Positions 47,589-60,379 of a stretch of DNA of 64,000 bases are shown piece by piece. Within the stretch, counting starts at the first letter, position 1, and each line of letters starts with the position of its first letter. The stretch is from contig OZ223209.1 of NCBI GenBank assembly GCA_965140415.1, positions 3,360,001-3,424,000 of the forward strand, read 5' to 3'. Below the pieces are notes generated by a model that worked only from the letters and a program-made list of their open reading frames with translations, searched no databases and was not told the DNA's origin. The translations under genes were made by a program, and so were the position numbers. Source of the stretch: Myxococcota bacterium (lineage in GTDB: Bacteria > Myxococcota_A > SURF-8).

Positions 47589-48461
47589 TCACGTGGTTCG
47601 CTTTTCCTTTTCGTCTTCCAGCTTCGTTCCGCAAATTCGGCAATACCGGGCGTCTTCCTGATGCCCCCGGGCATGACACTGCGTACAGTTTCTCTTCATG
47701 ACCGACTGCTTGGACGCTTCCGCCATTTCAACGGTCACAATGCCGGTTGGAACGGCGATAATGCCATAGCCCAGGATCATCACAAACGATGCGATGGCGC
47801 GACCAAGAACCGTTTGCGGGGCGATATCGCCGTAGCCTACTGTGGTGAGGGTGACGATGGCCCAGTAGATGCCGGCGGGGATGCTGGCGAATCCATTTTC
47901 TGGCCCTTCGATCAAGTACATCAGACTACCCATGGAAACGACAATCGCCAGCACTGCGCCAAGAAAGACGGTTATTTTAAGCCGACTCGCCTTCATGGCA
48001 ACCATCAGGATACCGGCGGCGTTCATGTAGCGCGTCAGTTTGAAAATACGGAAAATCCGCAGCAAACGGAAGACTCGAATGACGAGCAGAGATTGCGCAC
48101 CACTGATCAACAGGCTTAAAAAAGTCGGCAGGATGGCGAGCAGATCGACAATCCCAAAGAAACTCAATGCATATGCCAAAGGACGCCTTACGGAAATCAG
48201 GCGAAAGATGTATTCCACACTGAATAGTAGCGTAAAGATCCATTCGACAATGTAGAGCAACTTGCGGTGCTCCGAACGAATCTCGGGTACGCTTTCCATC
48301 GAGACGGCGATCACGCTCAACACGATGGCGACCAGCAATAGTACATCAAACAGCTTGCCAGATGGCGTATCCGATTCGAAAATGATTTCATATAGCAAGC
48401 GCCTTGGATTGCGCTCCGGTTTTTGTTCGCTATCCGGCTGCATCGTTCTCTCAGAAGCCAT
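47589..48461 (-). CDS. Voltage-gated potassium channel-like ion transporter
   Basis: RVFRLLRIFRIFK S4 segment, TTVGYGD filter, C-terminal CxxC...CxxC; start re-placed (the longer ORF overlaps proB). Confidence 0.92.
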   Translation of the reverse strand: MASERTMQPDSEQKPERNPRRLLYEIIFESDTPSGKLFDVLLLVAIVLSVIAVSMESVPEIRSEHRKLLYIVEWIFTLLFSVEYIFRLISVRRPLAYALSFFGIVDLLAILPTFLSLLISGAQSLLVIRVFRLLRIFRIFKLTRYMNAAGILMVAMKASRLKITVFLGAVLAIVVSMGSLMYLIEGPENGFASIPAGIYWAIVTLTTVGYGDIAPQTVLGRAIASFVMILGYGIIAVPTGIVTVEMAEASKQSVMKRNCTQCHARGHQEDARYCRICGTKLEDEKEKRTT

Positions 48462-48665
48462 TATGTTCAGGTTCCACTTTAATTTTGATATCGATCGGCT
48501 TGTATGAAACCAGAAGCCGCAGCACCCTCTATAGTGTGATAACTTTGTGAAAGCATAGTTGAATATCGCGAATAAATCAAATATCCCCGTCCAGCCATTC
48601 GGCTCTTCTTGACTTTCTGCTGCCCTGCTCCTAAAATTCTTTTTTTCTCGATCAGAGGTTTTAGA

Positions 48666-49838
48666 ATGACACAGCGTTTCGATCCCACCGAATTGGGACG
48701 TATCGTAATCAAAATCGGCAGTAGTTCCATCGTGGATGCAGATGGGCGCGTCAATCTCGGTTTTCTGGGAAATCTGGTAACCAAGGTACAGGATTTGCAC
48801 CGACGCGGCGTGGGAGTGGTCCTGGTTTCCTCCGGGGCGATTGCCATGGGATATACTCACCTTGGATTCACACAGCGCCCCTCCGAAATTCCTTCCCGGC
48901 AGGCTTGCGCTGCGCTGGGCCAGATGAAGCTCATGGGGCTGTATCAAAGCCTGTTCGATACCAACAAGCTGCAAACGGCGCAGGTCTTATTGACGCGCGA
49001 AGACATGCAGCACCGCCGACGCTATTTAAACGCCCGCGAAGCGCTGTTGCGGTTGATCGAATTGAACGTGATTCCAATCGTAAATGAGAACGATTCGGTC
49101 GCAGTAGAGGAAATCCAATACGGGGACAACGACCTTTTAAGCGCCTTGGTAGCGGGGGCTGTGGATGCGGATCTGCTGGTATTACTGACGAATGTCGAAG
49201 GCTTGCTACTGCCCGATGAAAGCGGTTCGCCCAGCCTGGTTTCGACCGTGAATCAACCTTTGGATCAGATTCTAAACCAGGTAAGCAATGAAAAAAGTGC
49301 AATGGGCAGCGGCGGTATGCATTCCAAATTGGAAGCCGCCGACATCTGCCGTACCTATGGCATCCACTGCGTGATCGCCAAGGCGAAAGGCAGCGTGTTA
49401 AAACAGGTTCTGCAAGGCGAGCAGACCGGCACCCATTTCCCCCCGGTGGTTCACAAACTGGTGCCGAAACAGCGCTGGATCCATCAAGCGGCGGGCACAC
49501 AAGGTGGAATAAAAATCGATGAAGGAGCGAGTAAAGCCGTTCTCGATCATCGGAAAAGCCTGCTGCCCAAAGGGGTCTTGTCCGTCGATGGTTCCTTTAT
49601 CCGTGGCGCCGTTATTGCGATTAAAAATGAAAACGGTCAGGAAATTGCGCGAGGTGTCACCCGCTACAATTCCAAAGATCTTCAAAAAATCCAAGGGTGT
49701 TTTGGCCACGAAATCGAATCGATTTTAGGCTACACATTCGGAGACGAAGTCGTCCACTGCGATAACCTAGTACCGACCTTGCATAACGGCAACGGTTCGT
49801 CTTTTTTTGCCAGTAAAGAAGGGAGCAGTTATGAGTGA
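48666..49838 (+). CDS. proB: Glutamate 5-kinase
   Basis: IVIKIGSS, VSSGA, NEND, GDND, GSGGM.SK; PUA domain. Confidence 0.96.
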   Translation: MTQRFDPTELGRIVIKIGSSSIVDADGRVNLGFLGNLVTKVQDLHRRGVGVVLVSSGAIAMGYTHLGFTQRPSEIPSRQACAALGQMKLMGLYQSLFDTNKLQTAQVLLTREDMQHRRRYLNAREALLRLIELNVIPIVNENDSVAVEEIQYGDNDLLSALVAGAVDADLLVLLTNVEGLLLPDESGSPSLVSTVNQPLDQILNQVSNEKSAMGSGGMHSKLEAADICRTYGIHCVIAKAKGSVLKQVLQGEQTGTHFPPVVHKLVPKQRWIHQAAGTQGGIKIDEGASKAVLDHRKSLLPKGVLSVDGSFIRGAVIAIKNENGQEIARGVTRYNSKDLQKIQGCFGHEIESILGYTFGDEVVHCDNLVPTLHNGNGSSFFASKEGSSYE

Positions 49839-51078
49839 GATCAAATCGATCCTTTCAAAAGCCCGCCAGGCCAGCCATCAACTGGCCAATGCCGCTACGG
49901 AAGTTAAAAATGCCGCGCTGCTTCAGATTGCGGAGGACCTGCTCTCTTCGATGCCCGCACTGCTTCAGGCAAATGAACTCGACCTGCAAGCTGCGCGTGA
50001 GGCCGGTAAAAGTGAAGCCCTGATCGACCGGCTGGCGCTATCGGAAGACCGCTTGAAGGGCATGGCCGCCAGCCTGCGAGAAATCGCCACCCTGCCCGAT
50101 CCGATTGGGGAAATTTACGATCTCACAAGCCGCCCCAGTGGCATTCAAGTAGGACGCATGCGCATTCCGCTGGGCGTTATCGGCATCATTTTCGAAGCGC
50201 GCCCAAACGTCGTGACGGATGCCGGTGCGCTTTGCCTGAAGAGCGGCAATGCGGTGATTCTGCGCGGCGGCTCCGAAGCTCAGCACAGCAACAAGGCACT
50301 GGGAGCCTTGATCGAAAACTCACTACAAAAAGCCGCCCTTCCCCCCGAGTGCATTCAGGTTGTCGGGAATCCGGATCGCCAGCTCGTTCTCGATCTGCTG
50401 ACGGCCCGGGGACAGGTGGATCTGGTGATTCCTCGCGGCGGAGAGAGCCTGATTCGCTTCGTTAACGAGCACGCCACGGTTCCGCTTGTGTTCCACTACA
50501 AGGGTGTATGCCATGCGTTCGTAGATAAAGACGCCGATCTAAACAAGGCGCTACCGATTATTCTAAACGCAAAGACGCAACGTCCGGGCGTTTGCAACGC
50601 CTTAGAAACCCTGCTCATCCACCAAGATATCGCAGCAGATTTCTTGCCGGAAGTCGTTGCGGCTCTACGCGAGAACAAAGTGGAAGTACGCGGTTGCGAG
50701 CGCAGCCAAAAACGGCTGCCGGATCTGGCAGGTGCCACGGAAGAAGACTGGGCCGCCGAATACCTGGATCTGATTCTCTCCATTCGCATCGTCGATGACT
50801 TCGAGCAGGCCGCCGAACACATTCGCCGCTACGGCTCCAACCATACGGAAACCATCGTTACAGAAAATTACAGCACGGCAGGACGTTTTCTGCGCGAGAT
50901 TCAATCGTCCTGCGTGGCCGTCAACGCCTCCACGCGCTTTAACGACGGAGGTGAACTCGGTCTGGGAGCGGAAATCGGTATCAGTACGACCAAAATGCAC
51001 GCCTATGGTCCGATGGGATTACGGGAATTGACTGCCAGTAAGTTTATCGTTCTGGGAAATGGACAGGTTCGAAAATAG
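49831..51078 (+). CDS. proA: Gamma-glutamyl phosphate reductase
   Basis: EARPNV, LRGGSEA, VCNALETLL, GAEIGIST.KMHAYGP. Confidence 0.96.
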   Translation: MSEIKSILSKARQASHQLANAATEVKNAALLQIAEDLLSSMPALLQANELDLQAAREAGKSEALIDRLALSEDRLKGMAASLREIATLPDPIGEIYDLTSRPSGIQVGRMRIPLGVIGIIFEARPNVVTDAGALCLKSGNAVILRGGSEAQHSNKALGALIENSLQKAALPPECIQVVGNPDRQLVLDLLTARGQVDLVIPRGGESLIRFVNEHATVPLVFHYKGVCHAFVDKDADLNKALPIILNAKTQRPGVCNALETLLIHQDIAADFLPEVVAALRENKVEVRGCERSQKRLPDLAGATEEDWAAEYLDLILSIRIVDDFEQAAEHIRRYGSNHTETIVTENYSTAGRFLREIQSSCVAVNASTRFNDGGELGLGAEIGISTTKMHAYGPMGLRELTASKFIVLGNGQVRK

Positions 51079-51368
51079 GTTATCAAGAACACAGCAGCAA
51101 CCCGTTCACAAAACCAGAAAACGCTGCTTCCGTATTCTTGATAATTACGGTTGAAATAGAAATGGAAGGATGCTAGCTTAAAAGAACCATCATATCAGTC
51201 CTGTGTGTGGCGCGAACGACAAATAGATTGTATATGATGGTTCTCGGTTTAATTTGATGCGATGTAATTTCGGGGTGGTAAACGACAGCGAGAAGGCAAG
51301 TTCGAAACACCTTGGCCTGAAGTAACGATTTGCTTTTTGACTGGATGAACTTCCAAAAGGGAGGCACT

Positions 51369-52055
51369 ATGTCGGATCTGAAGCAGCGACAGGAAGAACG
51401 AATTTCTTCGCGCTACTTGATTTACTTCGGCGAGAAAGAACCGGAATTTGCTGGTTTTATCAAGAACTTGTCGCAAAAAGGGCTTGCAATCGTCAGTGGC
51501 AAATCATTTGATGCAGGCACTCGCCTTACCATGCTGTTGCACAGTCGTTACGACGAAGACCCGATCTCCCTTACCGGCATCGTCCGCCGCATGGATAATC
51601 GCCTTAGCCAATGGCTGCAACGCGTGATCGGTCAAATCGAAATGGGAATCGAGTTGGAAGAACCTCCCAATGAATATCTCGATTTCATCGAAAGGATCAT
51701 TCAGGAGCAGCAAGAGGTTCGCCACCAGACACGCTTCGACAAAGTCTTTCACGTCAGTTTCTTTCAATTCAACATGCTGCTTGAAGAAGTTTCCTTGAAT
51801 ATCAGCCGGGGCGGAGTATTCATTTCCTCGACCAATCCGCCGTATCCGGGAGAAACGGTACAACTGAAGATTGAAATTGAAGACATCAACGAATCCATCG
51901 ATGTCGAGGCCCAGGTCGTTCGCACCATCACACCGGATGATGCCAAACGCCGGGGGCTCGTTCCCGGTTTCGGGGCGAAATTCCTGCATTTCAACAGTGA
52001 GGATCAAGGCACGCTTAACGCATTCATAAATCAGATGGATAAGCGCTCAAACTGA
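51369..52055 (+). CDS. Tandem PilZ-domain protein
   Basis: RQEER...NLSQKG and RHQTR...NISRGG motifs. Confidence 0.85.
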   Translation: MSDLKQRQEERISSRYLIYFGEKEPEFAGFIKNLSQKGLAIVSGKSFDAGTRLTMLLHSRYDEDPISLTGIVRRMDNRLSQWLQRVIGQIEMGIELEEPPNEYLDFIERIIQEQQEVRHQTRFDKVFHVSFFQFNMLLEEVSLNISRGGVFISSTNPPYPGETVQLKIEIEDINESIDVEAQVVRTITPDDAKRRGLVPGFGAKFLHFNSEDQGTLNAFINQMDKRSN

Positions 52056-52396
52056 TTTTTTTTGAACGGGTCTATGTTTCCAGGACAAAGGAACGAGGGG
52101 TAATAAATTCAAGGATTGAACTCGCCCGATTTAAAAAGGCTGAGCATCGCATTTTGTCATAAGCGAGAACGGAAACTATTCATCGTTTATGCAGAAAACG
52201 AAATATCTTATGACGTGGTTTTCCTTGACACTATGGACTATTTCGGAATATCTTCTCAAAACTATGGATAGTTATCAAACAGGGGACACTTGTATTCCAT
52301 AGACGGTTCCATGATTTAGAGATAATGATGAAAAATTGTTTTTTTCATTCGACTTTCACTGCTTGATTGCAGGTCTTATGGCAAAGGACAAACGCC

Positions 52397-52843
52397 ATGT
52401 CAGACACACAGGTACGTAGGGCGGCATTACTCAAACTCGTCCAAGACAATCGAATCCGATCTCAGACTCGATTGATACAAATGCTAAAAAAGCAGGGAAT
52501 CCGAGCCACCCAGGCCACGATTTCCCGCGATATTCACAACTTGGGACTGGTCAAAGCGTTTGGATATTATTCATTACCGGGTAAAGTAGCCCAGGTTTCC
52601 AATCCTGCTGAATTGCTGAAGGGGAAAATCTTAAGTTTCCGGAGAGCAGGAAACAATCTCGTTGTCATTCACACTCATCCAGGTGAAGCCGGTTTTGTCG
52701 GACATGTTTTAGACAGTGCAGGCTGGTCATCCATCGCAGGAACCGTTGCCGGTGATGACACGATCTTTGTGGCTTGCGATTCCGCTGCATCCAGCACGGA
52801 GATCCGTCAGCGCCTGGGAGACTTTGCTCCCGAAGTCGTGTAG
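52397..52843 (+). CDS. argR: Arginine repressor
   Basis: TQATISRD and GTVAGDDT motifs. Confidence 0.93.
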   Translation: MSDTQVRRAALLKLVQDNRIRSQTRLIQMLKKQGIRATQATISRDIHNLGLVKAFGYYSLPGKVAQVSNPAELLKGKILSFRRAGNNLVVIHTHPGEAGFVGHVLDSAGWSSIAGTVAGDDTIFVACDSAASSTEIRQRLGDFAPEVV

Positions 52844-53037
52844 ATCTCTTTCGCGCTTCTTTCTGATTCCGTTCATCTCTTAAAGCAGTAGTTTTAAACG
52901 ATATGTGTTTTTGATTTCCGTAGCGGCGGAGCGTAGGCCCGCCGTTTTTTTAGCATTTCTCGGCGGGTTCTCGCCTCGCCGCTACAAAAGGACATCGCGA
53001 ATAGCGGATCGCAACTTCTTTAGAGTATCAATCGTTT

Positions 53038-54159
53038 TCAGCCCAAGTCAAACTTATGGTGTTTTTGCCAGAACTCCACGACCTGCTCCAGCGGAAGAGC
53101 GGGAACGAAATGATTGTTGACTCCGGTGATATCATCCGCCATGCAGATCGCATTTAAAATCGCTTCTTCCGTCGCTTCGATCGCCGCCTGATAAATGGGA
53201 TTGATGTACTGATCGTTTAAAACGGTTAGTTGGTAGGTTCGCTTTCGGGTTCTTCTGGGCACGGTGTTCGCCGTTGTCAACCCGACAATAATCTCACCGG
53301 ACCCATGTGCGGCAAAACTTCCGACTCGACCAATCCCCAACGCGACTCGTTTGCATACACGGCTGATTTGCAGGGATATCATCGGAGCATCGGTAGCGAA
53401 CACCGCAATAATGCTGCCATAGTTCTGAACTCGTTTGCTCAATTCCTGAAAGCGCGGAGCGATATGCTCGCCAAACGGCAACCCGGCAATACGAAGGTCA
53501 CGCATGTACCCGAAATTGCTCATCACCAAAACACCGACCGTGTAACCGCCATGCCGACCAGGAAGACGACGTGAGGCGGTTCCGATTCCGCCACTGAAGT
53601 CACAGGTCATCATGCCGGTGCCTCCGCCGACATTTCCTTCGGCAACCGGACCACGATTTGCACACTTCAAAGCCTCGTACACATGTTCGGCCTTGACATG
53701 TCGCCCGGCGATATCGTTCAACCAGGAATCGTCACATTCACCGACCAAAGGCAGAGGAACGTCTTGCTCGGAACCGATACCGGGGTAACGCTCGACCAGA
53801 TACTTGATCAACCCTTGCGAACAGGAACCTACCGAAAGGGTATTCGTCAATAGAATCGGAGTTTCGATCAATCCCCATTCGGTTGCCTGAGTCAATCCGG
53901 TCATTTCACCGGCACCATTTAAAACGAAACCTCCGCCGACCACCCTTTCATTGAACACGTCTCCATTAGAAGGATGAATCGCGGTCACGCCAGTGCGTAT
54001 CGGTCCCTTTCCTCGACGCAGCTTGCCTTCGCCTTCAATGATTGTAGAATGACCGACGAGAATCCCCTTGACGTCGGTGATGCTATTCTTTTCACCCGGC
54101 TCGAAGCGCCCCAAGGACATTCCAAGTTCCCGAAACCGCTTTCGTTCCATTGGCATCAC
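53038..54159 (-). CDS. DmpA/P1 (peptidase S58) aminopeptidase
   Basis: NSITDV.G..VGH, EGNVGGGTGM, G|SII autocleavage site, GSGEI. Confidence 0.9.
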   Translation of the reverse strand: MMPMERKRFRELGMSLGRFEPGEKNSITDVKGILVGHSTIIEGEGKLRRGKGPIRTGVTAIHPSNGDVFNERVVGGGFVLNGAGEMTGLTQATEWGLIETPILLTNTLSVGSCSQGLIKYLVERYPGIGSEQDVPLPLVGECDDSWLNDIAGRHVKAEHVYEALKCANRGPVAEGNVGGGTGMMTCDFSGGIGTASRRLPGRHGGYTVGVLVMSNFGYMRDLRIAGLPFGEHIAPRFQELSKRVQNYGSIIAVFATDAPMISLQISRVCKRVALGIGRVGSFAAHGSGEIIVGLTTANTVPRRTRKRTYQLTVLNDQYINPIYQAAIEATEEAILNAICMADDITGVNNHFVPALPLEQVVEFWQKHHKFDLG

Positions 54160-56213
54160 TCTACCGCTTTCTTCTCTGTGGCCTGCTGCTTGCGTTTATG
54201 CTTGAGCCGTTTGATCGCCGGGGCCATAATGTTTCCGACCAGCGTCCGGTAATCCATGCCCGCCGCTTCCGAAATCAGACACAGATCGGACCAACCCGGA
54301 GTAAGCCCCGGCAAAGGATTGCACTCGATAAAATGCACTTTGCCCTTGGCATCGAGCCGCACGTCAATGCGCGCCACATCCGAACATCCCAATGCCATGT
54401 AAGCGGATCGCGCCACTTTTTCCAGCTCCTTGCGAAGCTTTTCATCCACTTTTGCCGGTGCGTCGTAGCGGATCTCGTTTGTCTGATCCAGCTTATGCCC
54501 AAAGCTATAAACGGGTCGCTTTGTTTCGGGATTCAAATAAACGATTTCCATGGGGGGAAACACTTTGGGTCGGTTCTGCCCGATCAGGCCCAAGGTGAAC
54601 TCTCGCCCCGGAAGGAACTCTTCCACCAGTACCGGCTGATGATACTTCTCGATCAACTGAACGGCCAGTTTGCGCAGATCTTCTTCATTCTCAACAACGC
54701 TGATCCCCATTACCCCTTTTGAACTGCCCTCTTCATTCGGCTTCAGAATCACAGGGAACCGCATTCGCTTGGGAATGTGTTCGTTTCCTTTTCGCATGAG
54801 AATAAAAGCGGGGGTCGGCACTCCGGCCTGCCGTACTACTCGTTTTGCCAGCGCCTTGTCAAGTGCAATGGAGAGCGTCGCAGGGTCCGACCCAGTATAC
54901 TCGACATCGATCAATTCCAGCAATGCCGGAATTTGAGCTTCTCGGCTTCTACCGCGAAGACCTTCGGCAATATTGAAAACAAGATCCAACTGCGACGAGG
55001 CCAAAATGCTTGGCAGTTCAGACGTCGCTTCGAGATAGACGACTTCATGACCATACGACTCGATGGCCTTTCCAATGGCCTGAATCGTCTTGGGAGAATC
55101 GTACTCCGCATCCTTGTCATCGTCATCTTCTTCTTTGGGTACGACTCGTTTCTCATTGTAGGTCAGACCGATGACAAGACGATCCTTGGGACTTCGGTAG
55201 GCCTTTTTATCCAAAGGCAGGTTGTATCGGGTTGCCGCGCTCTTGATAATCGCCTTAAGAACGGCATCCATATTCTTGAAACCGGCTTTTTCTGCGGAAA
55301 CGTAAATTCCCGCCCCGACCTCCAGACTGGGAAGCGCATTGATTTCGATGAAGTAAACCTGGCCATCCCGCCCGATTCGATAATCGATACGACCAAGGTC
55401 TCGTACCCCGATCACCTCGAAAATCGTTTCGGAAAATTTCCGGATCGCTTTCTTCTGTGCGCTGGTCAATTCGGCTGGCGCTCGCAACGAAACAGCATCG
55501 TAATTTACGTGCTTCAACTCATAGTCGTAAATGTTATACCGATCTTCCTGACCTTCCGGCAGATCGAAAACATACTCGGCAGCCGGTAGAATACCATCCT
55601 TGATTGCGGAAGCCTTTTCGATGAAAGGAACGACAATATCCCGACCCTCGATATATTCTTCGATCAGTAAACCGGAAGGATAGCGGTCGATCAGGACTTT
55701 AACCTTCTCAACAAGTTCCGTTGGAGTCTGTACGATAGAATCCTGCGTAATACCTTTCGAGCTTCCTTCGAAATTGGGCTTTACAATGACCGGGTAGTTA
55801 AATTCGTTGGGAGGCGTCCAGTTTTCCAGGTCTTTCACAAAACTCCAGCGAGGCGTTAGAACCCCATAGGCGGCCAACATCTGCTTGGTCATCACCTTGT
55901 CCAAGGTCAGCGTACACACGTAGGCGTCGGACCCAGTATAAGGAAGACCTAGCTGCTCGAAAAGGGCGGGATAAAACGCTTCCCGATAGCGCCCGTTTCG
56001 ACCTTCGGCAGTATTGAACACCAGGTTCGGGTTCAACGCTTCCAGCCTTGCAATAAGCTGAGACGCATTCCCGGAAACCTCTACCAATTCAACCTTATGA
56101 CCCAACCTTTCAAGAGACTGAGCAATGGCCTGAATGGTTTCAGGCCGATCAAATTCGGCTTCTTCCTCACTATCCGTCAACTGGATATTGTGAGTGAATG
56201 CAATCTTCATCAC
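54156..56213 (-). CDS. Tandem D-Ala-D-Ala-ligase-like ATP-grasp protein (two full domains)
   Basis: Two copies of VFN.AEG..GR.REA, YTGSD, KPN.EGSSKG, RID.R and FIE.N.LP. Confidence 0.9.
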   Translation of the reverse strand: MMKIAFTHNIQLTDSEEEAEFDRPETIQAIAQSLERLGHKVELVEVSGNASQLIARLEALNPNLVFNTAEGRNGRYREAFYPALFEQLGLPYTGSDAYVCTLTLDKVMTKQMLAAYGVLTPRWSFVKDLENWTPPNEFNYPVIVKPNFEGSSKGITQDSIVQTPTELVEKVKVLIDRYPSGLLIEEYIEGRDIVVPFIEKASAIKDGILPAAEYVFDLPEGQEDRYNIYDYELKHVNYDAVSLRAPAELTSAQKKAIRKFSETIFEVIGVRDLGRIDYRIGRDGQVYFIEINALPSLEVGAGIYVSAEKAGFKNMDAVLKAIIKSAATRYNLPLDKKAYRSPKDRLVIGLTYNEKRVVPKEEDDDDKDAEYDSPKTIQAIGKAIESYGHEVVYLEATSELPSILASSQLDLVFNIAEGLRGRSREAQIPALLELIDVEYTGSDPATLSIALDKALAKRVVRQAGVPTPAFILMRKGNEHIPKRMRFPVILKPNEEGSSKGVMGISVVENEEDLRKLAVQLIEKYHQPVLVEEFLPGREFTLGLIGQNRPKVFPPMEIVYLNPETKRPVYSFGHKLDQTNEIRYDAPAKVDEKLRKELEKVARSAYMALGCSDVARIDVRLDAKGKVHFIECNPLPGLTPGWSDLCLISEAAGMDYRTLVGNIMAPAIKRLKHKRKQQATEKKAVE

Positions 56214-56263
56214 CCTCCCCCTTCCGCCAAATTGTCACTTCACAATCGGCACGTTGTATATAC

Positions 56264-56650
56264 TTATGCTTCTTCTGTCTTTGGTAGCCACTGATCGATC
56301 AAAGCCCGATCAACGCGCTCCCAATCGGGATTAACAAAAGCTTCCCCGTTCCATTCGAATGTCACGCGGTCAAATGTCTCTTCGTAGAAATCCAGTTTAG
56401 AACCACGATCAGGGCAATGTTCGACAAACAGCATGTGTTCGTGCGGGCGTTCGTATTCCTTCAGCAGTCGGGTAGCCAGTTGAGCGACGAATTGAGTTAC
56501 GGAGGTTCCCGGGTTTTTATCGTAAAGTTCCGTTGCGATTACGATCAGCCTGTTTTCTTCTTCAACAACCTTGATGCCACAAACGGAGGGAGTCCCCCAT
56601 TGTCCTTCGAACTCGTACAGGCGATCAATGTAGCGATAATCGGTTTTCAT
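56264..56650 (-). CDS. Hypothetical protein
   Basis: 128 aa from MKTDY; ATEL..NPGTSVT motif; operonic position. Confidence 0.65.
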   Translation of the reverse strand: MKTDYRYIDRLYEFEGQWGTPSVCGIKVVEEENRLIVIATELYDKNPGTSVTQFVAQLATRLLKEYERPHEHMLFVEHCPDRGSKLDFYEETFDRVTFEWNGEAFVNPDWERVDRALIDQWLPKTEEA

Positions 56651-56681
56651 CTTTCGGTTCCATCTTCCAAGGACATCATTC

Positions 56682-57962
56682 CTACAGGTCTTCACCACGT
56701 TGCACTTGCTGTCCAAAACTCTGATTAATCAAATCCCGACGACGAGCTTGATAGGTTCCCAGTTTCTTCTCGCGTTCAACCGCTTTTCGGAGCAGGCGAT
56801 ACATTTTAACCTGCTGAGGCTCATCTTTATAAAACTCTTTCCAGGCAAACTCATACAGTTCCTGCAAACGTTCCGGGGTCATGTGCTTGGGCTGAAAAAC
56901 GACTTGACCCGCATTGTACTCATTCCAATCGAAGCTGAAAATCCGTTTCTGCTTCATGAGATCGTCATAGGCTTTGGTATGCGGGAAGGGAGTCAGCACG
57001 GTAAATTCCGCCAGATCGAGATCGATTTCCAACAAGAAGTCGATCAGTCGCAGGATGTCGTCTTCCGTTTGGTTGTCCATACCAAGCAGGATGGTACCTT
57101 CGACTCCGATGCCATAGTCATGATATCGCTTGATGCGTTCCTTGATGTAATCCGAGGTATCAAAGACAGCTTGATACACATACCAGGCGCCGGCCTGGGC
57201 GGCTAGATCCAAGACTTCCGGTTTGTCTTCTATGGTGTGACTGCACCAGGTTTTCTTGAATGGAATCATCTCTCTAAAAAGATCTTTTTCCCATTCCGTG
57301 TTTTGCGCAAGTGAATTATCGACAATAAACAGACGGTTGTTTTCGATGGTTGCCAGTTCTTCGACGACTCGATCAAGAGGCCGAGCCCGAAACTCTCGCC
57401 CACCTAAAAAGGCGACGGCGCACGGATAACACGCAAATCTGCAACCACGGGAGGCGTGGAATAAGTCCACCATACGCAAGCCACGATGGTAGTACAGATC
57501 CTCATTCAGAATTTCCCGCCTGGCAGGACCGACCCATTCAATCGGTGGGCGATCATTTATAAAATTGTAGAGCGGCTTCAGGTTTCCTGAATGAAAGTCA
57601 TCGAAAACACCTTGCATGCGCCCTTCGGATTCTCCCAGGAAAACCGCATCGGCATGTTTCATTGTTTCTTCTGCATGAAGCATCGTAGAAATGCCGCCGA
57701 AAATGACCTTTATACCGCGAGCCCGATACTCATCCGCGATCTGCCAACCCCGTTTCACCTGTGTGGTCAGCATCATCGAAATACCGACGAAATCGACAGG
57801 ATCGTCGAAGCTGAAACTCTGCAAGTTTTCATCTATAAATTCCACCTCGACATCTTCTGGCAACGTCGCAGCAAAAACGACCGGCCCATGCGGTGGAAGG
57901 TTAAACGTAGTTTGACCGGGAAGCTTTTCCCAACGCGGATAGATCAATCGGAAACGTGTCAT
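56682..57962 (-). CDS. B12-binding-domain radical SAM protein
   Basis: SRGCRFACYPC (CxxxCxxC); N-terminal cobalamin-binding-like domain (VIFGG...GESE). Confidence 0.9.
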   Translation of the reverse strand: MTRFRLIYPRWEKLPGQTTFNLPPHGPVVFAATLPEDVEVEFIDENLQSFSFDDPVDFVGISMMLTTQVKRGWQIADEYRARGIKVIFGGISTMLHAEETMKHADAVFLGESEGRMQGVFDDFHSGNLKPLYNFINDRPPIEWVGPARREILNEDLYYHRGLRMVDLFHASRGCRFACYPCAVAFLGGREFRARPLDRVVEELATIENNRLFIVDNSLAQNTEWEKDLFREMIPFKKTWCSHTIEDKPEVLDLAAQAGAWYVYQAVFDTSDYIKERIKRYHDYGIGVEGTILLGMDNQTEDDILRLIDFLLEIDLDLAEFTVLTPFPHTKAYDDLMKQKRIFSFDWNEYNAGQVVFQPKHMTPERLQELYEFAWKEFYKDEPQQVKMYRLLRKAVEREKKLGTYQARRRDLINQSFGQQVQRGEDL

Positions 57963-58073
57963 AATGTACTCTATTATCCCTTAACTTTTGGCAACTTGCG
58001 ATGAAACGGCGCTCAGTCTAATAGAATTTTTTTATTGAAGCAATAGTGAATTCTATTTTCTTCCCTTTTCAAC

Positions 58074-58102
58074 AAAAACGCCCCGGTCAACAGACCGGGG
58101 CG
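58074..58102 (-). terminator. Intrinsic terminator after hppA
   Basis: Minus strand CGCCCCGGTC-TGTT-GACCGGGGCG-TTTTT. Confidence 0.88.
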
Positions 58103-58123
58103 CGTGTCAGCATGTTAATCGGC

Positions 58124-60313
<2,190 letters not shown>

Positions 60314-60379
60314 GGTCCCTTCACCTCCTTGGTTTGGCCCATCGGGCCAGGTTGACACTAAAACAACATTAACTAGAAA

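Noticed and set aside
52905-53030. Inverted repeats between argR and the DmpA gene as an ncRNA
   Set aside because: Adequately explained as terminator hairpins between convergent genes.
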